From: Candidatus Sericytochromatia bacterium
Lineage (GTDB): Bacteria > Cyanobacteriota > Sericytochromatia > S15B-MN24 > UBA4093
DNA length: 64,000 nt
Direction of reading: 5' to 3'
Assembly: GCA_036676495.1 (NCBI GenBank)
Contig: JAKFCT010000069.1
Location: 13,486 to 77,485 of the forward strand
Position numbers and translations under genes: made by a program
The notes under the pieces: model-generated
Seen by the model: only the letters and a program-made list of their open reading frames with translations
What the model was told of the DNA's origin: nothing
Databases searched by the model: none
Shown: piece by piece, positions 29,569 to 37,802 of the stretch
Position numbering within the stretch: the stretch's first letter is position 1
Layout of the letters: each line of letters starts with the position of its first letter

Positions 29569-29931
29569 CTAAGGGCTGCCGAAGGCCCCCCGGATATGCC
29601 GGATCTCGGGGGCTTTCCCGGCTGGCAGGCGCACGTCGATCACGTCGAATCGGCACGGCTGGCCCCCGAGACCGTGCTGGCTCATGTAGAGCTGGCCCAG
29701 ACGGATGAGGCGGGCTTGCTTTTGCCAGGTGACCGCCTCGGCGCCGATGCCGCAGCGCAGGCTGCGGCGCGTCTTGACTTCCACGAAGACCCAGCACGCC
29801 CCGTCGCGGCCGATCAGGTCCAGCTCGCCGTGAGCACAGCGGTGGTTGCGTGCTATAATCGCGTATCCGAGCCCTTCAAGGTGCTTCTCGGCGAGCGCTT
29901 CGCCGAGCCGGCCCAGTTCGATGCGGCTCAT
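29569..29931 (-). CDS. yraN: YraN family endonuclease
   Basis: G..GE..A, GELDLI, FVEVKTR, CRFDVI. Confidence 0.9.
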   Translation of the reverse strand: MSRIELGRLGEALAEKHLEGLGYAIIARNHRCAHGELDLIGRDGACWVFVEVKTRRSLRCGIGAEAVTWQKQARLIRLGQLYMSQHGLGGQPCRFDVIDVRLPAGKAPEIRHIRGAFGSP

Positions 29932-29964
29932 GCCTTCTCCCCTTCCTGCAACCTTCGGTGACCC

Positions 29965-30993
29965 GTGGCTCAAGCTAACCGTTACTCGGATTCGAGGCGC
30001 TCAGCCTCTTGGTGGCTTCAGATGGGGGCCCTCGCTTTGCTGCTCCTCGCCGTCGCCGTCATGGCGGTGCGCTGGGGGGCGGTTGATTTATCGACGAAGC
30101 AGTTTATCGATCTTATCATGGGGCGCGCGGCGGATTCAACCGAGGCGGCGATCCTCTGGGAAATCCGCTTTCCCCGCGTCCTGCTCGCCCTCGTGGCGGG
30201 CATCGGCCTCTCGGCGGCCGGCGTCACCTGGCAGGGGGTGCTGCGCAACCCGCTGGCGGATCCGTACCTGATCGGCGTCTCCGCCGGCGGAGCCCTCGGA
30301 GCGGGCCTGGCCCTCTTCTGGAAGGGAGACTTGCCGCTGGGAATCCAGACCGTGCCGATCGCGGCTTTCTGCGGCTCGCTGCTGGCGCTGGGCGTGGTCT
30401 GGGGCATCTCCGGGCGCGGGGCCACCTTCTCCGTGGAGCGGATGCTCCTGGCAGGCGTCGCCGTCGGCTCCTTCCTCTCCGCCATCCTGTCCATGCTGCT
30501 CTTCTGGAACCAGGAATCCCTGACCACCCTGTACTTCTGGATGCTGGGAAGCTTCTCGGGCCGGACCTGGGAGGATCTCGGGCTCGCCTTGCCCTACCTG
30601 GGCGTCGGGATGGGCCTGTTGTTCTGGCAGCTTCGCCACCTGAACGTCCTGCAACTGGGAGCCGAGCGCGCGCGGGGCCTCGGGGTGGAGACGGTCAGCG
30701 TGCAGCGCTGGCTGATCGTCGGGGCCTCGCTCGTGACGGCCTCGGTGGTGGCGGTGTGCGGCATGATCGGGTTCGTGGGGCTGGTGGTCCCGCATCTGAC
30801 CCGCCTCCTGGTGGGGCCGGATCTTCGCCGGGTGCTGCCCGCCGCCTGCCTGCTCGGTGCCATCCTGCTGGTCGTGGCGGATCTGGCGGCGCGAACCCTC
30901 TGGGCTCCCGCCGAGATGCCCGTCGGGGTGCTCACGGCCCTCTTGGGGGCGCCGTTCTTCCTGTACCTGATCGCGCGGGAGCGGCGGTCATGA
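29965..30993 (+). CDS. FecCD/BtuC family ABC permease
   Basis: IRFPRVLLA, RNPLADPY, IGFVGLVVPH, GAPFF. Confidence 0.92.
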   Translation: MAQANRYSDSRRSASWWLQMGALALLLLAVAVMAVRWGAVDLSTKQFIDLIMGRAADSTEAAILWEIRFPRVLLALVAGIGLSAAGVTWQGVLRNPLADPYLIGVSAGGALGAGLALFWKGDLPLGIQTVPIAAFCGSLLALGVVWGISGRGATFSVERMLLAGVAVGSFLSAILSMLLFWNQESLTTLYFWMLGSFSGRTWEDLGLALPYLGVGMGLLFWQLRHLNVLQLGAERARGLGVETVSVQRWLIVGASLVTASVVAVCGMIGFVGLVVPHLTRLLVGPDLRRVLPAACLLGAILLVVADLAARTLWAPAEMPVGVLTALLGAPFFLYLIARERRS

Positions 30994-31790
30994 GCGCGCT
31001 CGTCCAGGCCATCGGCCTCACGGTGGGCCATCAGCAACCCGCTTTGCGAGGCATCGACCTCTCGGTGGGGCCAAGGGAGTTCGTGGGCCTTCTCGGGGCC
31101 AACGGGGCCGGCAAGTCCACCCTTCTGATGACGCTGGCCGGCCATTTGAACCCCCTGGAAGGTGACGCGCGCCTCGAAGGACAGGCCGTTTCGAAGCTGC
31201 CTCCCCGCAAGGTCGCACGTCTGCTGGCCTACTTGCCGCAGCACCCCGCGGCCGACGGGGATTTCGCCGTGCGCGACGTGGTCGAGCTCGGTCGCCATCC
31301 TTATCAGCGGGGTTTCGGCTTCCATCGGAACCCCGAGGACCTGGAGGCGGTCTCTTATGCCATGCGGGTCACCGCCGTCGAGCATCTGGCGGGGCATCGC
31401 ATGGACCGCCTATCCGGCGGACAGAGGCAGCGGGTGAGGTTGGCCCAGGCGATTGCCCAAAGGCCGAGGGTTTTGTTGCTGGACGAACCCACCTCATGGC
31501 TGGATCTGAGGTATCAGTTGGAGTTGATGGGCTTGCTCCGGCGTTTGGCGCTCGATGAGGGAGTCGCCGTCGTGGCGGTCCTGCATGATCTCAATCAGGC
31601 GGCGCAGTTCTGCACGCGGGTGGTCCTGCTGGCGGAGGGCGGAGTGCTGGGGGACGGGGATCCGCGCGACGTGCTGACGGCGGAAGCGCTGGAGAAGGCC
31701 TACGGAGTCCGGGCTCTGGTGCAGCCGCATCCGCGCCTCGGGGTTCCCGTGGTCATGCCCCTGGACAGTCTGGGCAAGGATGAGGCATAG
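30990..31790 (+). CDS. Iron/cobalamin ABC ATPase
   Basis: GANGAGKST, LSGGQRQR, LDEPT, LHDLN. Confidence 0.92.
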   Translation: MSALVQAIGLTVGHQQPALRGIDLSVGPREFVGLLGANGAGKSTLLMTLAGHLNPLEGDARLEGQAVSKLPPRKVARLLAYLPQHPAADGDFAVRDVVELGRHPYQRGFGFHRNPEDLEAVSYAMRVTAVEHLAGHRMDRLSGGQRQRVRLAQAIAQRPRVLLLDEPTSWLDLRYQLELMGLLRRLALDEGVAVVAVLHDLNQAAQFCTRVVLLAEGGVLGDGDPRDVLTAEALEKAYGVRALVQPHPRLGVPVVMPLDSLGKDEA

Positions 31791-32420
31791 GTGAAAGGCG
31801 TGTTGCGGAAGACACTCTCGGCATTGACGGCGCTGCTCGTCCTGAGCGCGTGCCAGGGGACTCCCAAGGACGACCCCCTGGTCATCCGGGATGACGACGC
31901 CCTGGCGGAGTTCATGCTGCCGGAGTCCCGGGACATGGTCTGGACGTACCGCCGCGAGACGGTCGGCTTGATCGAGGACGTGGCGACGGTTTCGATCGCG
32001 GTGGAGACCTTGAAGAAGGACTCTGCCAAGCTGACCTATTCCCAGGAGGGAGGGGATGCGCCGGAGATCGTCCAGGGCATCGGCATCCGGGGGAACGCCG
32101 AGATCGCGGTGAGCCCCGAGGGGGCCGTGACCTGGAAGGACGCGCGGGACGAGCGGACCTACATGCCGGACGGCCGCGTGACGAGCAAGGACGGGACGGA
32201 GTTCGAGTTGCTCGGGACGGAGACGATCCGGACCCCGGCGGGCACCTTCGCCTGCGTCAAGTACCGCGTGCGCCGCGACCCGAGCATCGCCGATCCGATG
32301 ACCCTGGAAGGGACCCAGTGGTGGGGCAAGGGGGTGGGGCTGGTCAAGGCCGTCTCCACCGTCGAGGGGTTCAATGCGGGGACCCGCACCACGATCGAGC
32401 TGATCACCTTGGAGCGCTAG
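31791..32420 (+). CDS. Hypothetical lipoprotein
   Basis: Lipobox LSAC; E.I.TPAGTF.C and WW.KGVGLVK motifs. Confidence 0.7.
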   Translation: MKGVLRKTLSALTALLVLSACQGTPKDDPLVIRDDDALAEFMLPESRDMVWTYRRETVGLIEDVATVSIAVETLKKDSAKLTYSQEGGDAPEIVQGIGIRGNAEIAVSPEGAVTWKDARDERTYMPDGRVTSKDGTEFELLGTETIRTPAGTFACVKYRVRRDPSIADPMTLEGTQWWGKGVGLVKAVSTVEGFNAGTRTTIELITLER

Positions 32421-32577
32421 GGGATTGCCTCGCCTGTCCCGTTAACCGGATTCATGGGCCGGGTACGTGTAAAGCAACGTCCCTCCCATGTCGTTCGATG
32501 GAACCGGTTGCTTCTGGTTCTCGTCCGAGACCTTGGAAAGCAAAGTTCGGGTGGGAACGGTCAGAAAGGATTGCCGT

Positions 32578-33216
32578 ATGCGTCGAGCGACTTCACTCTT
32601 CTTGGCATTGGGGATTGCGCTGATGGCCGCTCCGGCCATGGCCGCGGATACGTCCAAGGCGGAGCTGGAGGTCTTGCGCCAGCGGGTGGAGGCGACTCCG
32701 GCCGATGCGGGCGTGCACTTCGACATGGCCATGGGCCTGGCGCGCACGTCGCGGCTCGAGGAGGGCTGGACCTCCCTCAAGAAGGTCAACGACCTGGATC
32801 CGGCGTACGCCGACAAGGTGATCGCGACCTACGAGCCGCTGGTCACGGAGAATCCCCAGAACATCGAGGCGCAGTTCCGCCTGGCGTTTGGCCACTACTT
32901 CAAGGGGTTGAATTTCCAGGAACAGGGTCAGCCCGAGGCCGCCAAGGAGGCGAAGCTGCGGGCGAAGAAGGCCTTCGGGCACATCATCGAGACGGATCCG
33001 AAGTACGTCTGGGGCTACAACTACATGGCCTACCTGATGGCGGAGGAAGGGGATCTTCCGGGGGCGGTGGAGACGTTGAAGAAGGCGATCGCCGTCGAGC
33101 CCAACAACGCGGTCTCGCATTTCCTCATCGGCCAGGCCTACTTCCGGCAGGGGAACCACAAGGATGCGGTGCTCGAAATTGGTACGGCCATGCGGCTGCG
33201 GGGGATGACTCCGTAA
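32578..33216 (+). CDS. Secreted TPR protein
   Basis: Signal peptide plus TPR-like repeats. Confidence 0.8.
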   Translation: MRRATSLFLALGIALMAAPAMAADTSKAELEVLRQRVEATPADAGVHFDMAMGLARTSRLEEGWTSLKKVNDLDPAYADKVIATYEPLVTENPQNIEAQFRLAFGHYFKGLNFQEQGQPEAAKEAKLRAKKAFGHIIETDPKYVWGYNYMAYLMAEEGDLPGAVETLKKAIAVEPNNAVSHFLIGQAYFRQGNHKDAVLEIGTAMRLRGMTP

Positions 33217-33325
33217 CCTCGTCGTGCTCCCCGGAGGCGCCGCTGACGGGGGGAAGCCGGCCGCCAGGCTCGCTCGCTTCCGTGGTTGCGCGGTGGGAGA
33301 CCCTGTGTTATGATGAGGTTCACCT

Positions 33326-33399
33326 CGGGATGTAGCGCAGCTTGGTAGCGCACCTCGTTCGGGACGAGGGGGTCGCAGGTTCGAATCCTGTCATCCCGA
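33326..33399 (+). tRNA. tRNA-Pro(CGG)
   Basis: CGGGATGTAGCGCAGCTTGGTAGCGCACCTCGTTCGGGACGAGG...TCATCCCGA. Confidence 0.95.
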
Positions 33400-33699
33400 C
33401 TTGATACTCTGGGAGCGTCCTTGCCGTGAAGCTGGCCCTCGCCTTTGTTTGCTTAGGCCTCATCGCGCTCGGCGTCATCGATTTAGAGCCCTTTCGCCCC
33501 TCGCGGGGTGGAAGGGCTCGTGCCATGCGGGGACGCGCCGTGGCGCGCGAGCGGGTCGTCCGCCGCGGGCGCCGGCTCCCGCGATCCTGAAGCAAACGGT
33601 TGCCGTAGGCGTCCCTGCCTGCGCGGGCCCAGAGGCCCGCGCCACCCTTTCCAAGGAAAAACGCCGGGGCGCGTGCCCCGGCGTTTTTGGGTTTTTGGG

Positions 33700-33990
33700 T
33701 TAGTAGCGAGCCGGAGCGGCCTTGCGGAAGCAATCCGAGCAGTAAACCGGCTTGCCCTGAGTGGGACGGAAGGGGACCTTGGTCTCCACTCCGCACTCGC
33801 CGCAGGTGGCCTCGAAAAGCTCGCGCTGGGGCCGCGCCGGAGCGCCGGTCGCCGCCTTGCGGGCCGCGCGGCAGTTCGGGCAGCGCCGCGGCTCGTTGGT
33901 GTACCCCTTCTGGGCATAAAACTCCTGCTCGCCAACCGTGAACAGGAAGTCGGCGCCGCATTCGCGGCAAACCATGGGCTTGTCTTGCAT
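33700..33990 (-). CDS. Zinc-ribbon / CxxC-x17-CxxC protein
   Basis: C.EC..F.FT..EQEFY..KG..P.RC..C, then C.EC...VPF.P....VYC..C; terminator hairpin at ~33657-33688. Confidence 0.9.
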   Translation of the reverse strand: MQDKPMVCRECGADFLFTVGEQEFYAQKGYTNEPRRCPNCRAARKAATGAPARPQRELFEATCGECGVETKVPFRPTQGKPVYCSDCFRKAAPARY

Positions 33991-34318
33991 CGTCAGCAGT
34001 CCTCCAAAAGACCAATCCGTTTCCCCGTTCTTGTTACGTCCCTCGCTGCTTGAGCGTTCGCTGACCGAGTACAGGACAAGACCTGTTGAGCCCGCCAGAA
34101 CCACCGGAAAAACCGTGTCAACAAGAACTTGGGTGCCATCTTACTGTAGCCCCCGATTCCTCGTCAACTCCTTGACAACTCGAAACAATCGCCAAAAACC
34201 TGGTGTTGACCGGGTTTCGGGCTGATGTAAAATGTAAAGGAGGCTTCATAATCCCCGGCCTCGCGCCCGCCTCCGCCGGCTCGCGGACGGCGCCGGGCGA
34301 CGACGGATGAGGTGCGCC

Positions 34319-35224
34319 ATGCACGTCCTACTCCTGACCAATCCCCAGGCGGGCCTCGCCGGATCCGCCTGCCCCGCCGAGCGGTTCCTCCCCGTCATGG
34401 CGGCATGGGGCTGGCAAGTCGTCACCCGGCCCACCTCCTCCGGCCCCCGGCTCACCGCCATGGCGTACCAGGCCGCTCAAGACGGCTTCGAGGCCGTGAT
34501 CGCCGCCGGCGGTGACGGGACCCTCCACCACATCGCCAACGGCCTCGCCGGCACCCGCACCGCCCTCGGCATCCTCCCCTGCGGCACCGCCAACGATCTC
34601 GCCCGCACTCTCGGCATCCCCCTGGACCCCGACGCGGCCCTCCTCGCCCTGCGCGACGCGCAACGCCACACCATCGACCTCGGCTCCCTCAACGGCCACT
34701 ACTTCCTCAACGTCGCCGCCCTCGGAGTGAGCGCCGAGGCGAGCACCATGATCACCCCCGCCCAGAAGCGCCGCCTGGGACAAGGCGCCTACTACTGGAA
34801 TGCCATCAAGCGCCTCTTCCGGCAGCAGCGCCTCCGGATCCGGCTCATCACCCCGCAAGCGACCGAGCGCCTCGACGTCTACCAGATCTCGGTCGCGAAC
34901 GGCCGCCTCTTCGGGGGCGGCTGGCGCATCTCCGCGGAAGCCGCCGTCGATGATCGCTTGCTGGACGTCGTCGCCGTCGAGCCCACGGGCCCGCTCGCTC
35001 TCGTGTGCCGCATGCTCCGCCAGCGCGGCGGCATGGCCGAACGGCTCGGCTCACGGGCCTACCGCCTCCCCTCCTGCCGCATCGAGGTCGACGGCCCGGT
35101 CCTGGTCAACGTCGACGGCGAGACCTTCACCCTCTTGCCCCCGCTGGAGTTCCAGGTCGTCCCGGACGCCCTGAGCGTGCTCTTGCCCAGCAAAAAGCCC
35201 GCCCCGGAAGCCGGGGCGGGCTAA
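34319..35224 (+). CDS. Diacylglycerol/lipid kinase (YegS/DAGK family)
   Basis: NPQAG, GGDGT, PCGTANDLA, NGRLFGGG, VDGE. Confidence 0.9.
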   Translation: MHVLLLTNPQAGLAGSACPAERFLPVMAAWGWQVVTRPTSSGPRLTAMAYQAAQDGFEAVIAAGGDGTLHHIANGLAGTRTALGILPCGTANDLARTLGIPLDPDAALLALRDAQRHTIDLGSLNGHYFLNVAALGVSAEASTMITPAQKRRLGQGAYYWNAIKRLFRQQRLRIRLITPQATERLDVYQISVANGRLFGGGWRISAEAAVDDRLLDVVAVEPTGPLALVCRMLRQRGGMAERLGSRAYRLPSCRIEVDGPVLVNVDGETFTLLPPLEFQVVPDALSVLLPSKKPAPEAGAG

Positions 35225-35235
35225 GCATGAAACGG

Positions 35236-35685
35236 TCAGACGGACTGCAGCGTGAGCCGCTCGTCGGCGCTCAAGATTCGATCCAGGTCGAGCAGCAGCA
35301 CCAGCGGCGCCCCGTCCCGGATCCGCGCTACCCCCGAGAGGAACGCGGAATGGGCCGTCTTCGCCGCGGTGGGCACCGGGTCCATCGCCTGCATGAAGGC
35401 GACTTCCTTGACCGCGTCCACCATGAGCCCCAGGACCTGGCCCGAGACCTGGGCCACGATGACGCAGCGCGTGGGTGACGGCACGGACGGAGGCAGCGCG
35501 AAGCGCTTGCGCAGGTCGATCACCGGGACGAGCGTGCCCCGGAGATCGATCAGGCCCTCGATCCAGTTGGGAGCATGGGGAATCCGAATCGGGGGCGCCC
35601 ACGCCACGATCTCCTGGACATGGGCGATGTTCGCCCCGTAGGTCTCGTCGGCCAGCGTGAACGTGACGGCCTGCGTCGCTTCCAT
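35236..35685 (-). CDS. cheW: Chemotaxis coupling protein CheW
   Basis: YGANI..VQEI, IP.AP..IEGLIDLRG..VPVIDLR, GLMVDAV. Confidence 0.9.
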   Translation of the reverse strand: MEATQAVTFTLADETYGANIAHVQEIVAWAPPIRIPHAPNWIEGLIDLRGTLVPVIDLRKRFALPPSVPSPTRCVIVAQVSGQVLGLMVDAVKEVAFMQAMDPVPTAAKTAHSAFLSGVARIRDGAPLVLLLDLDRILSADERLTLQSV

Positions 35686-35688
35686 GGG

Positions 35689-36744
35689 CTAGCGCTTGAC
35701 GGCGATCGCCGGAACGCCTTCGCTCCGCAGCTGCGTCGCGAGCTGGGTGGCGCCCGCCAGCGAGTCGAAGTTGCCGACGCGCACCCGGGTCGCTCCGACG
35801 CGCTTGGTCGCCCCCGAGGCCACCGAGACGAACAGCCCCTGGTCATTCAGCTCCGAAGCCAGGTTCTGCGCCGAGCCCCGCGAGGAGTAGATCCCGAGCT
35901 GGATCGCGTACTTGCCCTTGCCCACGCTCACCACCGAGCCGGGGTGCCCGGCCGCGGCGAACTGGCTCTTGAGCTCGTTGGCCTTGGCGGACGAATCCAC
36001 CACCGTGGAGCGCACGGCGTAGGCGCCGGTGATGGCGCCGCCGTTATCCAGGTAAGCCTCGGAGTAGCCCTTGGCCTTCAGAGCGGCAAGCAGGTTGTTG
36101 GCGTTGCTGGCATCGGCGAACGAACCCACCTGGACCGCGTAGCGCCGGCCCTGCAGGGCGGCCGCCTTGGCGGGCCGGGATTCGGCAGGCTTGGCCGCGG
36201 GCTTGGCGGCAGGCACCTTGGCGGGCGCGGTCTTCGCCACGGGCTTGGCCACAGGCTTGGGGGTGGCAGCAGGCTTCGCGACGACCGGCACGGCAGGCGC
36301 GACCGGCTGGGGAGCCTCGGCCTCGACGGGCTTGGGGGCTTCGTTCTCGGGCGCCACGGCCACCGGGGTGGGAGGGACCTGCGCCGGCTGAGCGGGATCC
36401 GCCTCGGGAGCCTTGGCGACCTTGCCGAAGCCGCCCGGATTGGCGAAGGGGCTCGCCCCGGGAACCGGATCCTTCTTGGCGAGGAAGGGAAGGTTGCCGT
36501 CGCTCATGAAGTAGTAGGCGCCGGCACCGGCGACCATCAGGCCGACGATCGCGAAGATGGCGGTTTTCTTCCAGCCGCCCCCTTGAGGAGCCTCTTCGTC
36601 GTCGTACTCGTCGTACTCTTCGTCGCCGTCCTCGTCGTCCTCGTACTCCTCGTCGTCGTCGTAGCCTTCGGCCTCTTCGTCGTCGAGATCGTACTCGGTC
36701 TCCTCGTCCTCAAATTGATAATCCAGGTCGTTGCGCTCGGGCAC
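35689..36744 (-). CDS. Bitopic SPOR-domain protein
   Basis: Acidic N-terminus, one TM, Pro/Ala/Lys linker, YAVQVGSF / YAIQLGIY / VRVGNF SPOR motifs. Confidence 0.8.
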   Translation of the reverse strand: MPERNDLDYQFEDEETEYDLDDEEAEGYDDDEEYEDDEDGDEEYDEYDDEEAPQGGGWKKTAIFAIVGLMVAGAGAYYFMSDGNLPFLAKKDPVPGASPFANPGGFGKVAKAPEADPAQPAQVPPTPVAVAPENEAPKPVEAEAPQPVAPAVPVVAKPAATPKPVAKPVAKTAPAKVPAAKPAAKPAESRPAKAAALQGRRYAVQVGSFADASNANNLLAALKAKGYSEAYLDNGGAITGAYAVRSTVVDSSAKANELKSQFAAAGHPGSVVSVGKGKYAIQLGIYSSRGSAQNLASELNDQGLFVSVASGATKRVGATRVRVGNFDSLAGATQLATQLRSEGVPAIAVKR

Positions 36745-37031
36745 GGCTCCTCCTCACGGTTTTTCCCGCACCTAACAAAACCAGGCATGTGGCCGCTCGA
36801 GGCCGCCGGGGGCGGCTCGACGGAAACGGTTCGTTAGGCGCTCTTGGTCGCTTGGCCCCGGGGCGCCCGGGTCGGTTCTTCGGAACGCTCAAAGCCTCGG
36901 CTCGCTTCCGACCTCGGGCGCCGTCGGCGCCTGCGCGAAAGGTCGGGTTCGGCTCAGAGGCTCTTATACCCGCGGGACCCTCGAAGTAAAAGCGGCGGCG
37001 TCACGGCCCAAGCGTGTCGCCGCCCCTTTTC

Positions 37032-37295
37032 TTACTCTTCCTGCTCGCCCAGCTCTTCGAGGTACTGGACGACCTTGTTGAACTCGGCCTCGTCCTCGAT
37101 CATCACCAGGGAGTCTTCCTCGAAGCGAAGCACGAGGACTTCCTCGTCGTCCGCCCCTTCCTCACCCTCGGTGGGCATCAGCAGGGCATATTCCTTGTTG
37201 TCGACCTCGATGATGTCGACCACGGCGAACTCATGCTCTTTGCCGTCCTCGTCCACCAGCGTGACGATGTCTTCGCGGGCTTCTTCCATTTCCAT
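37032..37295 (-). CDS. DUF1292 protein
   Basis: IVTLVDEDGKEHEF..Y.LL..IEDEAEF..V; adjacent to ruvX. Confidence 0.85.
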   Translation of the reverse strand: MEMEEAREDIVTLVDEDGKEHEFAVVDIIEVDNKEYALLMPTEGEEGADDEEVLVLRFEEDSLVMIEDEAEFNKVVQYLEELGEQEE

Positions 37296-37352
37296 CGGGT
37301 GTGGTTCCTTTCAACTGAGTGGATGTTGCAACGATCCGGGGGTCAGGGAGAG

Positions 37353-37802
37353 CTAAGAGTCGCGTTCGGTCGCGCGACGCCGGGCCTCGCGGTCCATGAA
37401 GCTTTGAAGGATCAAGACCGCCGCCTGCTGGTCGATGACCTCGCGCCGCTTCTCGCGCCGGACTCCCCCCAAGATCAGCACCTGTTGCGCTTGCTTGGTG
37501 GTGAGCCGCTCATCGACCAACTCGATGGGGAGTCCCAGGGCCTTCAAGTCTTCGGTAAACGCACTCACGTACGCCGCTTGAGGGCCTGCTACCCCGCTCA
37601 TACTCAATGGGTAGCCTACCACAAACCTTTTGGCGTTGTACACCTCAACGAGGTTGCGCAACTCCGCCAGGTCAAGCTCCTTATTGCGGCGTCGAATCAC
37701 GGTCAACGGCTGGGCCGTGTACCCCAAGGGATCGCTGACGGCCACGCCAATGGTCTTCGTGCCGACGTCCAGGCCGAGCATCCGCTCCATCTCTTCGTCC
37801 AT
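37353..37802 (-). CDS. ruvX: Holliday junction resolvase-like RuvX/YqgF
   Basis: LGLDVGTKTIGVAVSD, VVGYP, DERLTT, ID..AA..ILQ. Confidence 0.93.
   Translation of the reverse strand: MDEEMERMLGLDVGTKTIGVAVSDPLGYTAQPLTVIRRRNKELDLAELRNLVEVYNAKRFVVGYPLSMSGVAGPQAAYVSAFTEDLKALGLPIELVDERLTTKQAQQVLILGGVRREKRREVIDQQAAVLILQSFMDREARRRATERDS

Noticed and set aside
36590-36720. tcgtcg-rich tandem-like repeat
   Set aside because: It simply encodes the Asp/Glu-rich N-terminus of the SPOR protein.
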